Shown here: positions 10,919 through 19,377 of the stretch, piece by piece | Layout of the letters: each line of letters starts with the position of its first letter | How positions within the stretch are numbered: position 1 is the first letter of the stretch | Assembly (NCBI GenBank): GCA_045657265.1 | Contig: JAZOSU010000001.1 | Span: 2,653 to 66,652, forward strand | Direction: 5' to 3' | From: Eubacteriales bacterium | Lineage (GTDB): Bacteria > Bacillota > Clostridia > Oscillospirales > QAKW01 | Length of the DNA stretch: 64,000 bases | Program-made: the position numbers and the translations under genes | Notes under the pieces: generated by a model | The model's input: only the letters and a program-made list of their open reading frames with translations | Told to the model about the DNA's origin: nothing | Databases searched by the model: none

Positions 10919-11755
10919 ATGATTTATCTGAGTACACTCATTCTCGGTCTTATTCAGGGACTTGCGGAATTTTTACCCATTTCAAGCTCAGGTCACCTTG
11001 TTATTTTTAAAACCTTTTTACCAAATCTTGGTGAGCTTGAGGGTGATATGACTCTTGATATTCTGCTTCATCTGGGTACGCTTATTGCGGTATTTGTTGT
11101 TTACCGTAAAACCATCGGCAATATGATAGTTGAATTTTTCAGAATGATAAGTGATATCTTCAAAGGAAAGTTTAAATTCAGTAAAGCCAACAAATATCAG
11201 CTTATGGTAATTTACGTTATTATTGCAACGCTGCCTCTTTTGGCTGTAGTTTTTGTAAATGACCGCATTGAAGCCTCTATGACAAATCTTTTGTCGGTAG
11301 GCATAATGTTGTTTGTTACTGCCGGTCTTTTATTCATTGCTGACCACAGTGTATGCGGCACAAAAGAAATCAAAGATATGAAACCCCATCAAGCCCTTAA
11401 AATAGGTCTTTTCCAGATGATTGCCACAATCCCCGGTCTTTCAAGAAGCGGATCTACCATTTCTGCCGCCATAAATATGGGATTTACACGGCAGACAGCG
11501 GTTGAATTTTCATTTATTCTCGGAATCCCTGCAGTAATCGGCGCTAATATTTTAAACGTAAAAGATATAGTTGAAACAGGAATTAACAAAGACCTTATCG
11601 GTCCGTATATTTTAGGTATAACTGTTGCCGTTTTCGCAGGAATTGCCGCAATGAAAATGGTACAATATATAACAAAAAAAGACAAATTCGGTTGGTTTAC
11701 CGTATACTGCACAGTTGCAGGTGCCACCGCAATAATACTTAACTTTATAAGGTGA
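10919..11755 (+). CDS. uppP: undecaprenyl-diphosphate phosphatase
   Basis: MIYLSTLILGLIQGLAEFLPISSSGHL signature and the SRSGSTI motif. ATG 10919 is preceded by GGGAGG; the ORF-track start at 10826 is unlikely. Confidence 0.9.
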   Translation: MIYLSTLILGLIQGLAEFLPISSSGHLVIFKTFLPNLGELEGDMTLDILLHLGTLIAVFVVYRKTIGNMIVEFFRMISDIFKGKFKFSKANKYQLMVIYVIIATLPLLAVVFVNDRIEASMTNLLSVGIMLFVTAGLLFIADHSVCGTKEIKDMKPHQALKIGLFQMIATIPGLSRSGSTISAAINMGFTRQTAVEFSFILGIPAVIGANILNVKDIVETGINKDLIGPYILGITVAVFAGIAAMKMVQYITKKDKFGWFTVYCTVAGATAIILNFIR

Positions 11756-11759
11756 TAAT

Positions 11760-14147
11760 ATGCCTAAGACGACAAAGAAAAAGACAAACACAAAAAAACA
11801 AATCAAAAATCAGAAAAAAACAGTAAGACAGGAAGTTATGGACAACGTAATGTCAGTAGTGTTTTTTGCACTGACTCTTATACTTGCCCTTTCTGTATAC
11901 AAAAACTCCCTCGGTTTTATAGGAAGTATGATACATTCCATTTTGCACGGGCTTTTTGGCTGGGCATCTTATCTGCTTCCGTTGTTCACTCTGTGGCTCG
12001 GAATAGATTTTCTCCGCTCAGACCGCAGGGTTGATTCAAAAGTAAGACTCTGGACAGGGCTTGTACTGACACTGTCTCTGTCTTCCCTTTGTTATTTGTT
12101 TGAGGGTTCTGATTTTTATGAAATGTATAATTTCGGCACCTTCTTCACTAAGGGTCTTTCTGATATGATAACCAGAAGCGGCGGTCTTGTTGGCGGAATA
12201 ATCGCATATCCGCTTATTTCAGCTATTACAAAAATCGGATTTTCAATTTTCGTTATTGCAGTTTGCATTATATGTGCACTGACATTTTTTGATCTTACAC
12301 TTTATCAGATATGGCTTGCAATCAAGTCGTTTTTTCCGCAGAAAGAAGACGATGAGCAAGAAACAGAAACCGTTGAAAAAGTCCGTCCCGAAGTTTTGCA
12401 AAAACCCGCCCGTAAAAAGAGCATTGACGTTTTTGTAGACGATGAACCTGTTATTGACGTAGAGCCGGACAAAGAACCCGAACCTGAAATAATAGTTGAC
12501 GGTGACGATATTGAAATAAAACCTTTTTCAAGCATTCCGTTTTTTGTACATGATGATATTGACAAAGGCGAGTATATAACAACCGCAAATCAACCGGAAA
12601 CTCCCCCTGTCAAACGTACAAGAAAACCAAAAACTCCTGTAGAAATCAAACCTAATCCCGAAGAAGATATTTTTGAAGATTCATATGTATTTCCACCAAA
12701 ATCACTTCTTGAAACTCCTAAAGCATCAGGCGGCATAACAAGAAGTGAGCTTGAGCAGACTGAAAATACACTTTTACAGACTCTCAGCGATTTCGGCATT
12801 GAAGCTAAAATGGTAGGAGCATCTGTAGGTCCTATTGTCACAAGATACGAAATAGCGCCAAGCAAAGGCGTACGCGTATCTAAAATTACATCCCTTTCTG
12901 ACGATATTGCTCTTTCACTTGCGGCAACCTCGATTCGTATTGAAGCCCCTATTCCCGGCAAAGCAGCAGTAGGTATTGAAGTGCCTAACAAGAAAAAGAG
13001 TATGGTATATATAAAAGAGCTTCTGGATTCGGAAGAATTCGTAAAAGCCAAAAATCCCCTTACCGTAGCTCTCGGCAAAGACATATCGGGTAATCTTGTA
13101 TACGGTGATCTTTCAGATATGCCTCATCTTCTTGTAGCAGGTGCTACAGGTTCAGGTAAATCCGTATGCATCAACACAATACTTATGTCACTTCTTTACA
13201 AGGCAAAGCCTGACGAAGTTAAACTTATACTTATCGACCCTAAAGTTGTAGAACTGGAAGTATACAATAAAATCCCACATCTTATTGTTCCTGTTGTATC
13301 AAACCCCAAAAAAGCAGCCGGAGCTCTGCAGTGGGCAGTAAACGAAATGGAACGCAGATACAACCTGTTTTTCGGAGTAAACGTACGTAACGTCAAAGGT
13401 TACAACGATTATGCTTCAAAACACGCTGACGTTTGTGAAAAAATGCCTCAGATAGTAATTATAATCGACGAGCTTGCCGATCTTATGATGACCTGTGCCA
13501 AGGAAGTTGAAGACTACATTGTAAGACTTTGTCAGAAAGCCCGTGCGGCAGGTATTTATCTTATAATTGCAACTCAGCGTCCGTCAGTTAACGTAGTTAC
13601 AGGTCTTATCAAAGCAAACGTTCCCTCAAGAATAGCTTTTGCGGTTACCTCACAGATAGATTCAAGGGTTATACTTGATGGTTCGGGCGCTGAGAAACTT
13701 TTAGGAAAAGGCGATATGCTGTTCAAAGGCAGAACAATGGGAACCGCTCAGCGTATACAATGCTGTTTTGTAAGCGACTCTGAAGTTGAATCTGTTGTAG
13801 ATTTCATTAAAAAGCACGCAGGAGATGTGCAGTATGACGAGTCGGCAAACGCGGCTATGGAAAACTATTCACAAAAAGACGGCGCTCCGTCAGGAGATTC
13901 TCAGGGTAGTGATGACGACGACACGGATGAAATGTTCTGGCCTGCGGTTGAATTTGTTATTGAAAGTGGAAAAGCATCCACTTCAAATCTTCAGCGTAAA
14001 TTCAAGCTTGGTTACGCAAGAGCCGCGCGTATTATTGATACAATGGAAGAAAAAGGCATCATAGGACCATACGAGGGCGCAAAACCCCGTCAGGTTATAA
14101 TGACTATGTCAGAATATCAGGAAGCTATGGTCAAAAGGGACGACTGA
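11760..14147 (+). CDS. ftsK: DNA translocase FtsK/SpoIIIE
   Basis: N-terminal TM segments, low-complexity linker, motor domain with Walker A GATGSGKS and IIIDELADL, and a C-terminal gamma winged-helix domain (LQRKFKLGYARAARIID). Confidence 0.95.
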   Translation: MPKTTKKKTNTKKQIKNQKKTVRQEVMDNVMSVVFFALTLILALSVYKNSLGFIGSMIHSILHGLFGWASYLLPLFTLWLGIDFLRSDRRVDSKVRLWTGLVLTLSLSSLCYLFEGSDFYEMYNFGTFFTKGLSDMITRSGGLVGGIIAYPLISAITKIGFSIFVIAVCIICALTFFDLTLYQIWLAIKSFFPQKEDDEQETETVEKVRPEVLQKPARKKSIDVFVDDEPVIDVEPDKEPEPEIIVDGDDIEIKPFSSIPFFVHDDIDKGEYITTANQPETPPVKRTRKPKTPVEIKPNPEEDIFEDSYVFPPKSLLETPKASGGITRSELEQTENTLLQTLSDFGIEAKMVGASVGPIVTRYEIAPSKGVRVSKITSLSDDIALSLAATSIRIEAPIPGKAAVGIEVPNKKKSMVYIKELLDSEEFVKAKNPLTVALGKDISGNLVYGDLSDMPHLLVAGATGSGKSVCINTILMSLLYKAKPDEVKLILIDPKVVELEVYNKIPHLIVPVVSNPKKAAGALQWAVNEMERRYNLFFGVNVRNVKGYNDYASKHADVCEKMPQIVIIIDELADLMMTCAKEVEDYIVRLCQKARAAGIYLIIATQRPSVNVVTGLIKANVPSRIAFAVTSQIDSRVILDGSGAEKLLGKGDMLFKGRTMGTAQRIQCCFVSDSEVESVVDFIKKHAGDVQYDESANAAMENYSQKDGAPSGDSQGSDDDDTDEMFWPAVEFVIESGKASTSNLQRKFKLGYARAARIIDTMEEKGIIGPYEGAKPRQVIMTMSEYQEAMVKRDD

Positions 14148-14824
14148 TGAAAAAAATATTTGTTCTTGAAGATGACAATAACATATCCTCAATAATTGCA
14201 TTTAACCTCAAAGTCCAGGGCTTTGAGGTTACTTGTGAATATGATGGTCTTTCGGGTCTTGAACGACTTAAAAATGAAAGCTACGACCTTTTGGTGCTTG
14301 ATCTTATGTTGCCGTCAATGGATGGTTTTTCAGTTCTGAAAGAACTTCGCAAAACCTCTGACATTCCCGTTATTATTCTCAGCGCACGTACTGACGAGCA
14401 GGACAAGATTTTAGGTCTTTCTCTGATGGCTGATGATTATATGACAAAACCGTTTTCGGTAAACGAGCTTATTGCAAGAATAAAAGTAAATCTTGCAAGA
14501 TACGAAAAAACCACCGTGCAGGATATAATCTATAAAGTAGGAGATATAACAGTAAACCCGAGAGCTATGACAGTTTGCAGACAGGACACACCTATATCTG
14601 TCAGCAAAAAAGAGTTTGAAATACTCGTTTTGCTTTTACAAAACAGAGGCGCTGTACTCACAAGAGAAGATATTCTTGAAAAAGTATGGGGCTACAGCGG
14701 ATATTTAGGTGACCTTCACACAGTTGATGTGGCAATAGGCAGACTTCGGGCAAAAATCGAGCTTATGCCGTCAAAACCCGAGATTATTTTAAGTCGCAGA
14801 GGGGCAGGATATTTTATACAGTGA
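14147..14824 (+). CDS. OmpR-family response regulator
   Basis: Receiver domain (DLLVLDLMLP, phospho-acceptor Asp) plus a winged-helix trans_reg_C domain (LTRKEFEILVLLLQN-like, RGAGY). Confidence 0.9.
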   Translation: MKKIFVLEDDNNISSIIAFNLKVQGFEVTCEYDGLSGLERLKNESYDLLVLDLMLPSMDGFSVLKELRKTSDIPVIILSARTDEQDKILGLSLMADDYMTKPFSVNELIARIKVNLARYEKTTVQDIIYKVGDITVNPRAMTVCRQDTPISVSKKEFEILVLLLQNRGAVLTREDILEKVWGYSGYLGDLHTVDVAIGRLRAKIELMPSKPEIILSRRGAGYFIQ

Positions 14825-16137
14825 AAAAGATAAGCACAAAACTTAATATTGCTATGCTTTCTATTACCGTGCTGACACTTGCTTTTGTAGGCGGTCTTCT
14901 TATATTCAATATGACGGTAAACTACTACCGTGAATTTGACAAAGCCTCGTCTACCGTTCTTGATAAAGATTTTTCAAAAGATTCAAATGAGCAGGTATCA
15001 ACCTATCTTGAAAGCAAAATGCCACTTTTTCACGAATGCTGTGATTATTATATTTTCGATAACGGAAATATAGTTTATTCTTCAACAACAGGCGGCCTTT
15101 TGAATTTATCAGACAATCTCGCATCGGCTTTGGCAATAGAAAACAGTGACAAAGCAGACGCTCTTGACTGTACTAAAACAATATCAGACAGCAGTTTTAT
15201 ATACATATTAGATACAAAAGAACAGCTCAGAGACAGTATTTTAGATATTACGTTTCTGTTTTTACAAGCTATCGTTTTCGCAGTAATACTTGCGGCAATA
15301 ATAAGTTTTTTTGCATCAAAAAAACTTACCCGTTCAATAAAAGAATTAGAATCGGGCGCAATTTTAATGTCAGAGGGACAGTTTTGCGAAATACCCGTTA
15401 AATCGTCTGACGAGATAGGCAGTCTTTGCACTGTATTTAACGAAATGGGCAGACAAATACAAAAAGACTACGACCAGTTTGAAAAAGCGGAAAACGCCCA
15501 AAGAGAATTTGTTGCAAACGTTTCGCACGAAATGAAAACTCCTCTGACTGTAATAAAAAGCTACAGCGAAACACTTAAAAATATGGACGTAGACAAACAA
15601 ACTGCAAATCAGTTTTTATCTGTCATTGACTCAGAGGCGGACAGAATGACCGATATCGTAAGTCAGCTTCTCAAACTATCCGGCCTTGAAACCAATGCCG
15701 TTTTATCAAAAACAGATATTGAGCTTAAATTCCTTTGCAAACAGATAACAGATAACTTAAAGTTTGAGGCTGACAAAAAATCCGTTTCATTTAATATAAA
15801 CGGACAGGCCAAAGTTCACACCGACAAAGAAAAGCTTGAAACGATACTTACAAACGTTATTTCAAATGCAGTTAAATACTGCAATGAATTAAGCGAAATA
15901 GAAATAACCATAACAGAAAAATACGTAGGCGTAAAAAATTACGGCGCAGGAATTGAAAAAGACGACCTACCTCATATTTTTGACAGATTCTACCGCACTG
16001 ACCCTGCGAGAAACAGAGAGACAGGCGGAACAGGGCTTGGTCTTGCCATTGCAAAGCAAAGCGCCGATATAATCGGTGCAAATCTTATCGCTAAAAGTAT
16101 TCCCGATGAATACACCGAATTTATACTGGAGTTTTAA
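14821..16137 (+). CDS. sensor histidine kinase
   Basis: Two TM helices, a HAMP-like linker, H-box SHEMKTPLT, N-box and G-boxes (GGTGLGLAIA). Overlaps the regulator gene by 4 nt. Confidence 0.9.
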   Translation: MKKISTKLNIAMLSITVLTLAFVGGLLIFNMTVNYYREFDKASSTVLDKDFSKDSNEQVSTYLESKMPLFHECCDYYIFDNGNIVYSSTTGGLLNLSDNLASALAIENSDKADALDCTKTISDSSFIYILDTKEQLRDSILDITFLFLQAIVFAVILAAIISFFASKKLTRSIKELESGAILMSEGQFCEIPVKSSDEIGSLCTVFNEMGRQIQKDYDQFEKAENAQREFVANVSHEMKTPLTVIKSYSETLKNMDVDKQTANQFLSVIDSEADRMTDIVSQLLKLSGLETNAVLSKTDIELKFLCKQITDNLKFEADKKSVSFNINGQAKVHTDKEKLETILTNVISNAVKYCNELSEIEITITEKYVGVKNYGAGIEKDDLPHIFDRFYRTDPARNRETGGTGLGLAIAKQSADIIGANLIAKSIPDEYTEFILEF

Positions 16138-16139
16138 CT

Positions 16140-16604
16140 ATGGATAAAAATTTTACCTGTTTTTTCACAGGACACAGAGAAATACCCGAAAATGAATATG
16201 AGAATATGTTCCGTAAAGTCTGCGATAATATTGCGCTTTTATATAAACACGGATACCGTGATTTTATAACGGGAGGCGCAATAGGGTTTGACACTCTTGC
16301 AGCCAATGCCGTTATAGAAATGCGTAAAACTCTTGATATAAAGCTTCATATATTTATTCCCTGCAGAGAACAGGCTAAATATTTCACCGAACAACAAAAA
16401 AATGAATACAACCTGATTCTTGCCAGTGCCGATTCCGCGCCTGTACTGAGCGAACGTTATCTGAGAGGTTGTATGCACAATCGCAACAGAAAAATGGCAG
16501 ACAGCAGTTCTGTGTGTATTGCCTACTGCACAAAAGATACGGGCGGCACTGCATATACTGTGAAATATGCAGAAAAAAAGGATCTTAAAATCATTTACAT
16601 TTAA
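16140..16604 (+). CDS. SLOG-fold protein, DUF1273/YpsA-like
   Basis: 154 aa. The FTGHR motif near the N-terminus, GGAIGFD, and the overall length are typical of the DUF1273 (YpsA) family. Confidence 0.6.
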   Translation: MDKNFTCFFTGHREIPENEYENMFRKVCDNIALLYKHGYRDFITGGAIGFDTLAANAVIEMRKTLDIKLHIFIPCREQAKYFTEQQKNEYNLILASADSAPVLSERYLRGCMHNRNRKMADSSSVCIAYCTKDTGGTAYTVKYAEKKDLKIIYI

Positions 16605-16614
16605 CAAAAATATA

Positions 16615-16643
16615 TTGACAACAGACTGCCTCTGTAATAAAAT
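16615..16643 (+). promoter_or_regulatory. candidate promoter for ddh nested in the preceding hairpin
   Basis: TTGACA (16615-16620), 17 nt spacer, TAAAAT (16638-16643). Confidence 0.35.
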
Positions 16644-16668
16644 TTTTTTAATAATTTTATTACAGAGG
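16629..16668 (+). terminator. 16 bp perfect hairpin (terminator of the upstream operon; the right arm contains the ddh RBS)
   Basis: CCTCTGTAATAAAATT (16629-16644) pairs with AATTTTATTACAGAGG (16653-16668). A T-rich tail follows, and the ATG of ddh is at 16677. Confidence 0.55.
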
Positions 16669-16676
16669 TATTATTT

Positions 16677-17660
16677 ATGATAAGAGTTGGTATATACGGT
16701 TACGGCAATCTGGGTCGCGGCGTTGAATCTGCTATCCGTCAGAATGACGATATGGAACTTTGCGCAGTTTTTACCCGTAGAAACCCCGATTCACTTAAAA
16801 TAAACACCGATGCTGTTCCCGTTGTAAACGTAGCTGATATAAAAAAATATACAGATAAAATAGACGTTATGATAATATGCGGAGGAAGTGCAACAGATCT
16901 TCCCGAGCAAACTCCATCACTTGCAAAGCTTTTTAACGTAATTGATTCATTTGACACTCATGCAAAAATACCTGAGCATTTTGAAAACGTTGATAAAGCC
17001 GCAAAACAAAACGGTCATACAGCTATGATTTCTGTAGGCTGGGATCCCGGTATGTTTTCTCTGAACAGAATGTATGCAGGAGCAGTTCTTCCTGATGGAG
17101 AAGACTATACTTTCTGGGGCAAAGGTGTAAGTCAGGGCCACTCAGATGCCATCCGCAGAATCGAGGGTGTCAAAGATGCCAAACAGTATACAGTCCCTGT
17201 GGATAAAGCTCTTGAATCTGTTCGCGCAGGTGATGCGCCAAATCTTTCAACAAGAGAAAAACACACACGCGAATGTTACGTTGTTGCACAAGACGGAGCT
17301 GACCTTGAAAGAATCGAAAACGAAATAAAGACAATGCCAAACTACTTTGCTGATTATGATACAACGGTAAACTTCATAAGTCAGAGAGAACTTAATGAGA
17401 AACACAGCGGTATTCCACACGGCGGATTTGTAATCCGTAGCGGAAAAACAGGATTTAATCTTGAACACAAACACATAATTGAATACAGTCTTAAGCTTGA
17501 TTCAAATCCCGAATTCACCGCATCTGTTATTGTAGCATACGCAAGAGCAACATACAGAATGAACAAAGAGGGTATGACAGGTTGTAAAACAGTATTGGAC
17601 GTTCCTCCTGCATATATCTCTCCTAAATCGGCCTCTGACCTCAGAAAAGAATTATTATAA
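16677..17660 (+). CDS. ddh: meso-diaminopimelate D-dehydrogenase
   Basis: Collinear with my recollection of Corynebacterium Ddh (VGIYGYGNLGRGVE, GWDPGMFS, FWGKGVSQGHSDA, PHGGFV, LDSNPEFTAS). Confidence 0.95.
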   Translation: MIRVGIYGYGNLGRGVESAIRQNDDMELCAVFTRRNPDSLKINTDAVPVVNVADIKKYTDKIDVMIICGGSATDLPEQTPSLAKLFNVIDSFDTHAKIPEHFENVDKAAKQNGHTAMISVGWDPGMFSLNRMYAGAVLPDGEDYTFWGKGVSQGHSDAIRRIEGVKDAKQYTVPVDKALESVRAGDAPNLSTREKHTRECYVVAQDGADLERIENEIKTMPNYFADYDTTVNFISQRELNEKHSGIPHGGFVIRSGKTGFNLEHKHIIEYSLKLDSNPEFTASVIVAYARATYRMNKEGMTGCKTVLDVPPAYISPKSASDLRKELL

Positions 17661-17665
17661 TATAC

Positions 17666-17702
17666 AAAAAGAGATGAGATTTTTAAAATCTCATCTCTTT
17701 TC
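17666..17702 (+). terminator. intrinsic terminator after ddh
   Basis: GAGATGAGATTTT/AAAATCTCATCTC stem followed by a T-run. Confidence 0.6.
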
Positions 17703-18071
17703 AGACTGTCAAAAAACTATATAAATGCCCCCCGTTTCTTCTATTATACCAGAAACGGGGGTGTGTTTATGGAAGCGTGAAAAAAGACGCAAGAAACGAA
17801 GTGATGATCGTAGATATAGAGGGGTTGGCGCCTCAAAATCACCTGCTACGCAAAGCGGAAAGAGTAATGGATTATGAGTGGTTGAAGGAAGATACAAACC
17901 ATGGGAATATATCTATGATGAAGCAAACGATCAATATATTTGTCCACAAGGCCAACCACTTCGTCATACAACCACAAACAGAGAAGGAAAACGGACTTAC
18001 CGCAGTACACCAAAGAACTGTATAAAAACCACTGCTTTATTGCTTTGAAAACAGTGGTTTTTTGACAGTCT
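17703..18071 (+). mobile_element. internally deleted IS1182-family element (about 370 bp) retaining both terminal inverted repeats
   Basis: AGACTGTCAAAAAA (17703-17716) matches its reverse complement TTTTTTGACAGTCT (18058-18071). Inside is a transposase N-terminal piece (LAPQNHLLRKAERVMDYEWL, frame of 17777). A frame-shifted C-terminal piece follows (WEYIYDEANDQYICPQGQPLRHTTTNREGKRTYRSTPKNC, 17902-18048). Confidence 0.65.
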
Positions 18072-18112
18072 ACAAAAATGGCTTTAGTACAAAACTAAAG
18101 CCATTTTTTATG

Positions 18113-18655
18113 TTATAAGTTTTCTTGTTTATAAATTCTTCCATCCACCGTATAGAATGTAACCGTATCATTTTCAAGTATAATACAGCTATGTTCTGAA
18201 CTTTCTTTAGGTATCGAAACTGAGCCTGGATTAAGATATATAAATCCGTCGTTTCTGTCAAAGGCAGGTATGTGTGTATGACCGTTAACAAGTATACTTC
18301 CCTTTACGAAAGGCGGAAGATTCTGCGGATTATATTTATGTCCGTGAGTTACAAAGAAACTGTTATTTCCGTCATAAATCATAATATATTCCGCAAGGCA
18401 AGGGAAAGAAAGCACCATCTGGTCAACTTCTGCTTCACAGTTACCTCTTACGCAAAGCAGTTTTTCTGCGCAGTTATTAAGAAGTTCTATTACTTTTTTA
18501 GGCGCATATTCTTTCGGAAGCTCGTTTCTCGGTCCATGATAAAGTATATCTCCCATAAGAACAATTTTATCAACTGCCTGTTTTTTTGCAAGTTCAAGCA
18601 TTTTCTCACAGTAGTACGCCGAGCCGTGAATATCTCCTGCAAACATTATTTTCAT
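18113..18655 (-). CDS. YfcE-type metallophosphoesterase (phosphodiesterase)
   Basis: MKIMFAGDIHG, GDILYHGPRN, GNCE and GHTH motifs; 180 aa. Confidence 0.8.
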   Translation of the reverse strand: MKIMFAGDIHGSAYYCEKMLELAKKQAVDKIVLMGDILYHGPRNELPKEYAPKKVIELLNNCAEKLLCVRGNCEAEVDQMVLSFPCLAEYIMIYDGNNSFFVTHGHKYNPQNLPPFVKGSILVNGHTHIPAFDRNDGFIYLNPGSVSIPKESSEHSCIILENDTVTFYTVDGRIYKQENL

Positions 18656-19377
18656 AATTCTATCTCCATATCAGGTTCTGCAGTATAAACTTCTACACTG
18701 TCAAAACCGTATTTTAAAAGTTCGTCCATAGCCGTAGATTTTGCCAGAAGCGGTGTATTATTATGTTCACTTATATGAGCAAGTACCGCTTTTTTCATTC
18801 CTTTTGATGCAAGATACGCAAGTGTTTTTGCACAGTCTTTATTACAAAGATGACCGCACTCCGACAGTATTCTCGCCTTAAGATTTGGCGGATAGGGTCC
18901 GTATTTGAGCATCTGTTCATCGTGGTTACTTTCCAGAACAACAGTATCTGCGCCCACAAGATTTTCAAGTATCTCGTCACTTACAATACCTGTATCGGTA
19001 GCAATACAAACCGAAGTATCCCCGAAAGATATCTTATATCCGCAACAAGGAACATCGTGAGACAGTTTAAAAGCCTCAACTTTAAAGCCGTCAATACAAA
19101 CAGGTGAGCAAAAGTTCTCGCACATATCAACGCATACACCTGAATAAAAAGGAATATCGAGGTTTCTTTTAAGGGTTGCAAGGTTTTTAGTATGGTCAGA
19201 ATGAGAATGGGTTACAAAAACAGCCTTAAGCGACAATTTATCAAGCCCGAAACGGTCTAAAACAGTACAAAGACTGCGGAGTGATACTCCGCAGTCTATA
19301 AGAATTGTTTTGCCGTTATTTTCTATAAGAGCAGCATTATTTTTACTGCCCGATGCAATTATTATAAGTCTTTTCAT
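18652..19377 (-). CDS. MBL-fold metallo-hydrolase
   Basis: HSHSDH metal-binding motif; 241 aa; overlaps both neighbouring genes. Confidence 0.8.
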   Translation of the reverse strand: MKRLIIIASGSKNNAALIENNGKTILIDCGVSLRSLCTVLDRFGLDKLSLKAVFVTHSHSDHTKNLATLKRNLDIPFYSGVCVDMCENFCSPVCIDGFKVEAFKLSHDVPCCGYKISFGDTSVCIATDTGIVSDEILENLVGADTVVLESNHDEQMLKYGPYPPNLKARILSECGHLCNKDCAKTLAYLASKGMKKAVLAHISEHNNTPLLAKSTAMDELLKYGFDSVEVYTAEPDMEIEL

